DNA from: Anaerolineae bacterium
GTDB taxonomy: Bacteria; Chloroflexota; Anaerolineae; JAAYZQ01
DNA: 45,748 bases
Assembly (NCBI GenBank): GCA_041559855.1
Contig: JBFFCR010000001.1
Location: forward strand, 1-45,748
Direction of reading: 5' to 3'
This document shows positions 31,381-38,872 of the stretch, piece by piece. The notes under the pieces are model-generated. The model was not told the DNA's origin. It was given only the letters and a program-made list of their open reading frames with translations, and did not search any database. Both the position numbers and the translations under genes were made by a program. Positions within the stretch are counted from its first letter, which is position 1. Each line of letters opens with the position of its first letter.

Positions 31381-32721
31381 ATGAAACGTCGTATCATAGT
31401 CCTGCCGTTCCTCCTACTGATCGGCGCCGCAGTAGTTGGGGGTTGGTGGTGGGCTCGGGAATCACCTGAGCAGGCCACGCAGTTCCTGATAGCTGGTGGC
31501 CTTGAAGCCAACCGTGCGCAAGAGTTCATCGCGCTAATCGGTGGTGAGGCAGAAGCTAGCAAAAGTGACGTCTTGCTTGTCTCCGGATCCCTTGAGGGTG
31601 AGGAAGTCTGCATCGTGGCCGAGTTCGGTGGCCTGATCGTGGGCGCTTATGCTGATACAGGGGATGCGGTGGCGTCAGGGCAGGTGCTGGTCAAGATCGA
31701 CGAAAGCCTACTAAGAGCCCAATTGGCCGAGGCCGAGGCTGGTGTGGAGGTCGCCGAAGCGAATCTGGCTACTGTACGGGCTGGCACCCATCCTGCTGAG
31801 ATCATGGCCGCACGAGCAAGCCTGCATCAAGCTGTTGCGGAACGAGCCGCTGCCAGGATCGGTTGGGATGACGTTCAAGCGATTCTTGACAACCCCCAGG
31901 AGATCGAGGCCCAGCTGATCGAGGCGCAGACTGGTGCAGAGTTGGCGGCGGTGCAGATCGAGCAGGCCGAGGCTGAACTTGCACTGGCCATCGTCGAGCG
32001 GGACCAATACCGAGCTCGCGGGACGCTGGAGGAGAAGAAGCTGTATGCCATTTATGACTATCAGGTAGAGGCAGCCCAAGCGGCCTTGGACGGCGCAAAG
32101 GAGAACCTTGCAGGGGCAAGGAAGACCGCGGCGGCACTAGAGGCATTGCTGGCGAATCCACTGGCCCTCGTCAGCCAGGTTCACGAAGCGGAAGCCTTGT
32201 TCAACATTGCCGCTGCACATGTGGGGGTTGTAGCAGCGAGACTGCACGAATTAAGAGCAGAGGCATCGCCCGAGGCGGTGGCAGTGGCCGAAGCGCAGGT
32301 CTCACAGGCTCGAGCATCTGCAGCGCTGCTCCATGCGCAGATCGAGAAGATGACATTGCGTTCGCCGGTCGATGGTGTGGTGACCAGTTGCTCTGTGCAT
32401 CCTGGTGAAGCGGCTGTCTCTGGAATGACTCTATGCACCGTTGCGGTGCTAGACGAGGTAACCCTTACGATCTATATTTCCGAAGACGAGTTGAATCGCG
32501 TGTATTTGGGTCAGCGAGTCGAGGTTCAGGTGGACTCGTTCCCCGACCGGGCATTTTGGGGGACAATCTCCTATATCTCGCAGCAGGCAGAATTCACACC
32601 GAGGAACGTCCAGACGCGAGAGGCGAGGGTAAATATAGTGTTTGCAGTAAAGGTTCGCTTACCCAATCGAGAGCATCTCCTGAAGCCAGGGATGCCCGCG
32701 GATGCGGTCATTCGCCACTAG
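31381..32721 (+). CDS. HlyD/YbhG-family periplasmic adaptor, tandem paralogue
   Basis: The sequence MKRRIIVLPFLLLIGAAVVGGWWW...GQVLVKIDESLL...SPVDGVVTS...FTPRNVQTREARVNIVFAVKV...LKPGMPADA has the same architecture as the preceding gene. Confidence 0.88.
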   Translation: MKRRIIVLPFLLLIGAAVVGGWWWARESPEQATQFLIAGGLEANRAQEFIALIGGEAEASKSDVLLVSGSLEGEEVCIVAEFGGLIVGAYADTGDAVASGQVLVKIDESLLRAQLAEAEAGVEVAEANLATVRAGTHPAEIMAARASLHQAVAERAAARIGWDDVQAILDNPQEIEAQLIEAQTGAELAAVQIEQAEAELALAIVERDQYRARGTLEEKKLYAIYDYQVEAAQAALDGAKENLAGARKTAAALEALLANPLALVSQVHEAEALFNIAAAHVGVVAARLHELRAEASPEAVAVAEAQVSQARASAALLHAQIEKMTLRSPVDGVVTSCSVHPGEAAVSGMTLCTVAVLDEVTLTIYISEDELNRVYLGQRVEVQVDSFPDRAFWGTISYISQQAEFTPRNVQTREARVNIVFAVKVRLPNREHLLKPGMPADAVIRH

Positions 32722-32749
32722 AGACCTGCGGGGCGAGAGCCCAGTGAAC

Positions 32750-33019
32750 TTACTCGTCGTCCAGGTATTCCAGCTCGCCAGGATCCTGCAGAGACCCCTT
32801 GTGTTCAGTCAGCAGTTCCTTTGCATCGGCCGCATAGCTTTGCGGAACGAGTAGACGTACGCGACCGAGGCCGTCCACCGTGATGCCGTACACCAGGGTC
32901 GCCGCGTCGTATTTCAGAAGTACAGGTATGCCAGCTGCCTCAAGCTTGCTCTTGAATATCTGCGCAAGGTCCCAACCCTGGCACGCATGAATGCACACCA
33001 GATCATCATCTTTTGTCAC
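32750..33019 (-). CDS. DUF2007-like small protein (putative signal-transducing fold)
   Basis: The 89-aa product reads LVCIHACQGWDLAQIFKSKLEAAGIPVLL...RLLVPQSYAADAKELL, a pattern typical of DUF2007 as I recall it. Confidence 0.6.
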   Translation of the reverse strand: MTKDDDLVCIHACQGWDLAQIFKSKLEAAGIPVLLKYDAATLVYGITVDGLGRVRLLVPQSYAADAKELLTEHKGSLQDPGELEYLDDE

Positions 33020-33076
33020 AGTCTTGCCCCCTTTTTGCTAGTAACACACATGCCCTCGTTGCCAGAGTCCGACGGC

Positions 33077-33565
33077 CTAGAGCAGGAAAGAGATCATGGC
33101 TGCTGTAATCCGTGCAACGGCTGGGCTGATCATCAAGCCAACGCCGAGGACAACACCACTCAGCAATGCCGCTACCGCCAGGTTGCCCTTCCTCAGCTCC
33201 TCGATCTCATCGATCCCTCGGGTCAGGAAGGAGAAGATCAATAGCGCCAGGCCCAGAGCCAGGACGGCAAGAACCAGGCCGAGAGCAATCTGCAAAGCGC
33301 CCGTCGCCAATGCCCGTAGATAGACTTCCCGTCCTGCATCCCAGGCCGCCGGATCCACCGCCAACGCAGGGCGGAGGATGATGGCAACTGCGATGAGCGC
33401 GGACCCAAGTACAAGCCCGACCGCTACATTCGCTCTGCGCAGCTCTTCCGTCTCATCCAACCCTCGAGTGAACCACTGTAGGAAGTTGAAAGACAGAAAT
33501 GCAGCTACCGCGCTGAGTATGACCGCAACCACCAGTTGCGCAAGCCCCAACAGCAAAAGTACCAT
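33077..33565 (-). CDS. DUF350-family membrane protein (two tandem DUF350 repeats)
   Basis: The internal repeats are FLQWFTRGLDETEELRRANVAVGLVLGSALIAVAII and FSFLTRGIDEIEELRKGNLAVAALLSGVVLGVGLMI. I place the start at MVLLLLGL (33565), with AAGGAGG 4 nt upstream. Confidence 0.75.
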   Translation of the reverse strand: MVLLLLGLAQLVVAVILSAVAAFLSFNFLQWFTRGLDETEELRRANVAVGLVLGSALIAVAIILRPALAVDPAAWDAGREVYLRALATGALQIALGLVLAVLALGLALLIFSFLTRGIDEIEELRKGNLAVAALLSGVVLGVGLMISPAVARITAAMISFLL

Positions 33566-33609
33566 GTCGCCTCCTTGGACCCTGTCCTGTGGCAATAGCT
33601 TCCCTCACC

Positions 33610-33638
33610 AGTATAGCACACCGGAACGAAAATGGCAA
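33610..33638 (-). promoter_or_regulatory. Sigma-70-like promoter for the DUF350 gene (TTGCCA-17-TGcTATACT)
   Basis: On the minus strand, TTGCCA lies at the complement of 33633-33638, followed by a 17-nt spacer ending in TG and TATACT at the complement of 33610-33615. Confidence 0.55.
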
Positions 33639-33828
33639 TGGCAACACACGATGGCTGTTTGCCTCATGTCCGGAAAAGATCTTCGTATAACCATAGCGAC
33701 TGCGATATCTACTCTGCGACGAACCTCAACGACATAAAGTTATGCGAAGTTTGTTGTTGCTCGGCGGTGCAGCTTGCTCTGTTGACGCCTGTTCCTAGCT
33801 TTCCCGGAGTGAGTGCAGACAGTGATCT

Positions 33829-33857
33829 TTGACGGCAAACGCGTTCGGGGGTATACT
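33829..33857 (+). promoter_or_regulatory. Sigma-70-like promoter for the GH3 gene (TTGACG-17-TATACT), predicting a leaderless mRNA
   Basis: TTGACG is at 33829-33834, followed by a 17-nt spacer and TATACT at 33852-33857. The ATG at 33865 starts 8 nt after the -10 element and has no Shine-Dalgarno. Confidence 0.55.
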
Positions 33858-33864
33858 GTCGACC

Positions 33865-36840
33865 ATGAGAGTGAGAGGCAAGGGCGTGTATACGATCAAG
33901 AGTGGTTCCAATACCTGGACTGCTCGTGTTCTAAAGTGTGTGATGTTGCTAGGCATGTTTTCGCTTCTGGCTTTGCCCGGGCGCATCGATGCACTGATGC
34001 TAGCGATGACGCAATCCTCCTCAGCTGCCGACGAGGACCCATGGTTAGACGATACACTCGCTCACATGACAACAGCGGACAAGGTGGGCCAGCTGTTTTT
34101 GATTACCTTTCCTGGCAATGACATCGGCGCGGGTTCGGAGATTGCACAGCTTGTGCAAATACTGAGAGTTGGCGGGGTCATCCTCTCTCCGGAGAACGAG
34201 AATTTTGGGAACGGCGCTTTTGCTCCATCACAGGTTCTGTCATTGACTTCCGGGCTTCAGCAACTCGCGTTCAGCGAGTCATTTCCAGTCACGTACACCC
34301 TTAGTGTACCTATCACAGTGACCGTGCCGGTGGGGGAGACTCCGTCGCCCTCAGACCGTGAGACGATCACGGCAACGACCACCCTGACCTACACCGACGT
34401 TATCACACGTCCTCCACAGGGGATTCCATTGCTCACGGCCGTTCTGCAAGAGGGAAACGGGTATCCGTACACATCGTTGCGCGGTGGTTTCACGGACTTG
34501 CCCAGCAACATGGCGATTGGCGCGACGTGGAACGACGAGTATGCGCAGGCAATTGGCACGATAGTCGGCCAGGAACTGTGGGCAGTGGGGATCAATGTCC
34601 TTCTCGGACCATCGTTGGACGTACTTAGTGAGCCCCGACCAGGTCAGGGCGGCGACCTCGGTATCCGCGTGTTTGGCGGTGATCCCTATTGGGTCGGCCA
34701 GATGGGTCAAGCGTACGTCAGAGGTGTGCACCTAGGAAGCGACTGGCACGTGGCGACAGTGGCAAAACATTTGCCGGGATTGGGTGCAAGCGATCGGAGC
34801 CTGCAAGACGAAATAGCCACGGTAGACAAGTCTCTTCAGGATCTCAAGCTGATTGAGCTACCGCCGTTCTTTTCTGTGACCCATGGAGATCCGATCACTG
34901 ATACAACAGATGCGCTGATGACAGCTCATATTCGTTACAGGGGCTTCCAGGGCAGCATCCGATACGTCACACAGCCCATCAGTCTAAATGCACAGGGTCT
35001 ACAGGAAATCCTGGCCCAACCAGAGCTTGTTCCGTGGCGAGGGGCAGGGGGTGTGCTGGTGAGTGACTCGCTGGGATTGCCTGCAGTGCGACGTCACTAC
35101 TCGCCAGAGCTGGAGCAGTTCCCGCACAGGCAGATTGCGCTGGACGCTTTCATGGCAGGCAACGATCTACTGACGCTTTCACAGTTCTCGCTTAGTGATT
35201 CATGGGAGGATCATCTAGCGAACGTCACCGACACAGTCTTGTTCTTTCAAGCACGGTATGACGAGGACGAGACCTTCCGATCCCGTGTCGACCAGTCAGT
35301 GCGACGGATACTGACCCTCAAGCGGCGCATATGCAGAGAGTTTACGTTGGAGGGCTGTACAGGAAGCCTTGATGGTGACAGTGAGACCGGCGCTGCGAAT
35401 GGCACCGTGGCTCAGATCGCTCAGAACGCTGTGACCCTGCTGTATCCAGCGACTGAGGAGCTTGTTGTCCGTCTACCTCGGCCTCCACGCCAGGATGAGA
35501 GTATCCTGATCTTCACTGACAGCAGAGAGGCCCGCGAGTGTGACCGCTGCCTGCCCTTCTATTTGCTAAATCCTATGGCGCTGGAGGACACAATCCTGAA
35601 GCTGTATGGCCCCGAGGCCACCGGTCAGGTGGATCCGGAGCGGATCGAGTCACACAGTTTCGCTGAGCTACACGCTTTCTTGCAGTACGGGTCCCCTGAC
35701 CTGACGGCGATCCTTAGTGAAGCTGATTGGATAGTGTTCGCGATGCTCGACTATTCGCCTGAGGCCTACCCCAGCTCGATGGCGCTGAAAGAGTTCCTGC
35801 GAGAGTGGACGATCGGGCAAGCTACGCAGAATTTCATTGTCATGGCGCACGAGGCACCGTACTACCTTGACACCACGGAAGTGAGCAAACTGGGAGCATA
35901 TTACGGGCTGTACGGCAAGGGCCAAGCCTCTGTTGATTCGGCAGCACGCGTGCTATTTCATGAATACCTGCCCACTGGACTGTCGCCAGTGACTGTGGAC
36001 GGTGTGGGCTACGATCTTGGCAAGCAGCTCCTGCCAGATCCGGAGCAGATTATCTCAGTGCTCTGGGCGGACCAACCACCCGAGGTGGAAGGGACTCCGC
36101 AGGCCGTCAAGTTGGAGCTCGGAGACCCTCTCCGGCTTCGCACAAGTCTCATCCGTGACCGCAATGGGAACGCTGTGCCGGATGGAACACCTGTCACGTT
36201 CAACTATGTGTACGTGGACGAAGGACTGGGCGGACAGGTAGAAGCGATGACAGCGGATGGCATTGCTGAGGCAGTGCTCACGTTGGAGCATGCAGGAGTC
36301 CTGGAGATCAGAGCTACAAGCGATCCTGCGCAGAACTCACTGCCCTTGCAGGTGATAAACCAAGGCGAAACCACCGAGATCCTAACTCCCACGCCAACAC
36401 CAACTCCCACTTTCACACCGACTGCAACACCAACGCCCACCTCTACCCCGACTCCGACTCCAACCTTGACGCCCACGGCGACGCCAAGCCCAACCGCAGA
36501 ACCAGAGATACCTCCTCCCCCCGTGCCAGAGTCGCGCGTTCAGTGGGCAGACCTGATGTGGGCACTGGTAGGCGCAACGGCAGCAGGGGGACTGGTAGCA
36601 ATAGCAAGCAAAAACGCGCATGTGACGAGTCGCATGGTGAACCCAGCCTCGCGGGCGGCCTTGCTCAGTGGCGCCTGCGGGTTGGCTGGATACATCTACT
36701 ACGGCCTTGGGCTTCCGGGTAGTACTGTCATTGACGGGCTCGCGCCCGGTCTGCGTGGGCTGGTTGTGGGTTCTGCATGCGGGTTGGTACCGCTGCTCCT
36801 GGTCATGCCCTTCATCCGTCTGGGTGACAGAAACAGATGA
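33865..36840 (+). CDS. Glycoside hydrolase family 3 (NagZ/beta-hexosaminidase-like) exported enzyme with Pro/Thr linker and C-terminal multi-helix membrane anchor
   Basis: The signal-like N-terminus is VMLLGMFSLLALPG. GH3 motifs are DKVGQLFLITFPG, LRVGGVILSPEN, VAKHLPGLGASDR and GGVLVSDSLGLPAV. A large middle region is followed by the linker TPTPTPTPTFTPTATPTPTSTPTPTPTLTPTATPSPT and then three hydrophobic helices. The start at 33865 is chosen from the promoter geometry. Confidence 0.85.
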   Translation: MRVRGKGVYTIKSGSNTWTARVLKCVMLLGMFSLLALPGRIDALMLAMTQSSSAADEDPWLDDTLAHMTTADKVGQLFLITFPGNDIGAGSEIAQLVQILRVGGVILSPENENFGNGAFAPSQVLSLTSGLQQLAFSESFPVTYTLSVPITVTVPVGETPSPSDRETITATTTLTYTDVITRPPQGIPLLTAVLQEGNGYPYTSLRGGFTDLPSNMAIGATWNDEYAQAIGTIVGQELWAVGINVLLGPSLDVLSEPRPGQGGDLGIRVFGGDPYWVGQMGQAYVRGVHLGSDWHVATVAKHLPGLGASDRSLQDEIATVDKSLQDLKLIELPPFFSVTHGDPITDTTDALMTAHIRYRGFQGSIRYVTQPISLNAQGLQEILAQPELVPWRGAGGVLVSDSLGLPAVRRHYSPELEQFPHRQIALDAFMAGNDLLTLSQFSLSDSWEDHLANVTDTVLFFQARYDEDETFRSRVDQSVRRILTLKRRICREFTLEGCTGSLDGDSETGAANGTVAQIAQNAVTLLYPATEELVVRLPRPPRQDESILIFTDSREARECDRCLPFYLLNPMALEDTILKLYGPEATGQVDPERIESHSFAELHAFLQYGSPDLTAILSEADWIVFAMLDYSPEAYPSSMALKEFLREWTIGQATQNFIVMAHEAPYYLDTTEVSKLGAYYGLYGKGQASVDSAARVLFHEYLPTGLSPVTVDGVGYDLGKQLLPDPEQIISVLWADQPPEVEGTPQAVKLELGDPLRLRTSLIRDRNGNAVPDGTPVTFNYVYVDEGLGGQVEAMTADGIAEAVLTLEHAGVLEIRATSDPAQNSLPLQVINQGETTEILTPTPTPTPTFTPTATPTPTSTPTPTPTLTPTATPSPTAEPEIPPPPVPESRVQWADLMWALVGATAAGGLVAIASKNAHVTSRMVNPASRAALLSGACGLAGYIYYGLGLPGSTVIDGLAPGLRGLVVGSACGLVPLLLVMPFIRLGDRNR
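36385..36530 (+). repeat. Low-complexity Thr-Pro coding repeat (linker) inside the GH3 gene
   Basis: Imperfect ACN-CCN codon repeats encode (T/S/A)-P units, followed by PEIPPPPVP. Confidence 0.9.
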
Positions 36841-36846
36841 GATCTT

Positions 36847-37998
36847 TTACCGCTCCTCTTCTGCTGGGAGAGAGGTGTGCGTAGGCCTGGCAGTTGGTCT
36901 TGCCGTCGCTCTAGGTGTGAGACCGAATGATGGCGATGGCGTCCGAGTGTACGCAGGCACGATGGTCGCAGTGGGGGTGGCCGTAGAAGGCGGTAACGGA
37001 GGGATCGTGGATGGGCGGACGGTAACCAGGGAAGCGATCAGCAACATGGCGCCGACGATACTCAGCAAGACCCGGTTGGCGCTGACAAATCGCGAGACCG
37101 GAGCCTCGGGATCAAAGAGCAGCGAGACGGTACGACTCACGGGGCCTGGGGCCATGAGCGCCGACCGGAACTCGTCAATGCTGACAGGACGGTCGTCGGG
37201 ATGCATTGCCAGACTCCACAGGACAGCTTGATCGGTCTGAGAGGTCAGGGCTGGGTTCAGGCTGCGGAGGGACCGCAGCGCTTTGGGCTTGAGGAATCGC
37301 TGTTTTGCGTCTAGTGGTGGTTGGCCAGTCAACAGGTGATAGAGGGTTGCGCCCAGCGAGTAGATGTCAGAGCGGATGTCCGTGTGACCGGTATCGCCAC
37401 CATACTGCTCAAGCGGGATATACTGGACTGTACCACGTCCTTGGACAACAGTGATGGTCCGCTGATCGTCAGGGGAGAGGGTCTTTACGAGGCCAAAGTC
37501 GACCAGCTTGACTTTGCCCGCAGGTGTGATCTTGATGTTGGAGGGCTTGATATCGCGGTGCAGCACGGGGGGGTCTTGGGTATGCATGTAGTAGAGAGCG
37601 TCGCATAACTGGTCTGCCCATGCAAGGACCTGGCGCTCTGCGAGAGGATGTCCTTCGCGCACGGCAGCGGCCAGGATCTCTTTGAGATCCTGGCCCGGCA
37701 CGAAGTCCATTACCAAGTAATCGCGGTTGTCTTCGGAGAAGTAGTCAGACACTTTGGGCAGGTTGGGATGATCAAGACGCGCCAGGGTACTTGCTTCCTG
37801 ATAGAACTGCGCGCGGCTTTGTGCGAGTTCGTCTGGAGTGGCATCAAGATCGGGCAAGGCCTCCTTGACTGCACAGAAGCGACCTTGCAGCCGGAGATCC
37901 TCAGCGCGATAGGTGGCACCCATGCCGCCGCGACCGACCAGTTCGATGATCTTGTATCGTTCACGCAGGACCGTATCTGGCGTACGCGTTTGCGCCAA
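36847..37998 (-). CDS. Hanks-type Ser/Thr protein kinase, single-pass membrane, with a short Pro/Thr-rich extracellular tail
   Basis: Kinase motifs are [15 protein letters not shown] (Lys), [11 protein letters not shown] and DFGLVK. The TM helix is [18 protein letters not shown] and the tail is [21 protein letters not shown].... The TTG start is supported by AAGGAG 8 nt upstream. Confidence 0.9.
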   Translation of the reverse strand: MAQTRTPDTVLRERYKIIELVGRGGMGATYRAEDLRLQGRFCAVKEALPDLDATPDELAQSRAQFYQEASTLARLDHPNLPKVSDYFSEDNRDYLVMDFVPGQDLKEILAAAVREGHPLAERQVLAWADQLCDALYYMHTQDPPVLHRDIKPSNIKITPAGKVKLVDFGLVKTLSPDDQRTITVVQGRGTVQYIPLEQYGGDTGHTDIRSDIYSLGATLYHLLTGQPPLDAKQRFLKPKALRSLRSLNPALTSQTDQAVLWSLAMHPDDRPVSIDEFRSALMAPGPVSRTVSLLFDPEAPVSRFVSANRVLLSIVGAMLLIASLVTVRPSTIPPLPPSTATPTATIVPAYTRTPSPSFGLTPRATARPTARPTHTSLPAEEER

Positions 37999-38067
37999 TG
38001 CGCTGGCTCCTTGGCAACTTATTCGACAAGACGGGGCAGGTAGGTCGCCCCGTCTGCGTGCATGCCT

Positions 38068-38096
38068 AGCTTAGCGTAGAATCAGTATCTTGTCAA
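38068..38096 (-). promoter_or_regulatory. Sigma-70-like promoter for the Ser/Thr kinase (TTGACA-17-TAAGCT)
   Basis: On the minus strand, TTGACA lies at the complement of 38091-38096, followed by a 17-nt spacer and TAAGCT at the complement of 38068-38073. The -35 element sits inside the 17-bp palindrome. Confidence 0.5.
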
Positions 38097-38104
38097 GGAC
38101 AAGA
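38088..38104. promoter_or_regulatory. Perfect 7-3-7 palindrome TCTTGTC-AAG-GACAAGA (candidate operator)
   Basis: I read this directly from the sequence. It lies between the divergent Ser/Thr kinase and FHA-wHTH genes. GACAAGACG recurs at 38025-38033. Confidence 0.5.
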
Positions 38105-38176
38105 CGCTAAACAGGCAGGGGACGCCAGCGAGGCGTTTGAAAGCGTGCAGGCCAACTATCAGGTCTGCGTAGTATT

Positions 38177-38872
38177 ATGGGAGGCAAACTAGTGCTTGCT
38201 GAAACGGCCATGTTGCTGGTGATGGAAGGAGCTGAACCTGGCAAGCGCATCTTTCTTGACAAGCCAGTGTTGCTCATCGGGCGAGATGAGGAGAAGTGCG
38301 ATCTGGTCATTGCGGACCGGCAGGTATCACGGCACCACGCTCTCATATCCCTGGAGAACGATGGCTATGTACTCAAGGACCTCGGCTCGAAGAACGGCAC
38401 CTTTGTCAACGGCAAGGAAATCGAGGGCCCACATGCCCTACAGGACGCAGATGAAATACAAATTGCCTACTGCTGCAAAATGGCTTTTGTGGGGGCCGAT
38501 GCAACTGCTCCTGTCATCCTCGAGGATCGGACTCACGGACTGCGTATGGATGTGGAGAGCAAACGAGTGTGGATAGCAGACAAGGAATTGGATCCGCCAC
38601 TGTCGCTGTCTCAGTATCGGTTGCTCGAACTGCTTTACGACGAACCTGGAAGAGTCTATAGTCGCGACGAGGTGGTACAAGCAGTCTGGCCTGAAGACGA
38701 TCGGGATGGAATATCCGAACAGGCAATCGACGCAATGGCTAGGAGGCTGAGGGAACGCCTGGCGGAAGTCGATGAAGATGTGCAATACGTGATCACTGTG
38801 CGAGGGCACGGTTTCCGGCTGGAAAATGCGATAAAGCAGCCCGTCGGAACCGCCAGATCAACCCCTGACTGA
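38177..38872 (+). CDS. FHA domain fused to an OmpR/PhoB-type winged-helix DNA-binding domain (no receiver domain)
   Basis: The FHA part reads LLIGRDEEKCDLVIADRQVSRHHALISLENDGYVLKDLGSKNGTFVNGKEI. The wHTH part reads LSLSQYRLLELLYDEPGRVYSRDEVVQAVWPED...EQAIDAMARRLRERL...YVITVRGHGFRL. The start is uncertain: ATG at 38177, GTG at 38192 (7 nt after GGGAGG) or ATG at 38210. Confidence 0.85.
   Translation: MGGKLVLAETAMLLVMEGAEPGKRIFLDKPVLLIGRDEEKCDLVIADRQVSRHHALISLENDGYVLKDLGSKNGTFVNGKEIEGPHALQDADEIQIAYCCKMAFVGADATAPVILEDRTHGLRMDVESKRVWIADKELDPPLSLSQYRLLELLYDEPGRVYSRDEVVQAVWPEDDRDGISEQAIDAMARRLRERLAEVDEDVQYVITVRGHGFRLENAIKQPVGTARSTPD

Noticed and set aside
33632-33832. 66-aa Cys-rich ORF between the DUF350 and GH3 genes
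   Set aside because: It spans the divergent promoter region, overlapping both promoters, and has no ribosome-binding site. It is most likely chance.
36385-36530. Repetitive DNA that could be a CRISPR array, VNTR or mobile-element remnant
   Set aside because: The repeats are imperfect 6-nt Thr-Pro codon units inside an open reading frame. There are no spacers and no cas genes. It is a protein linker.
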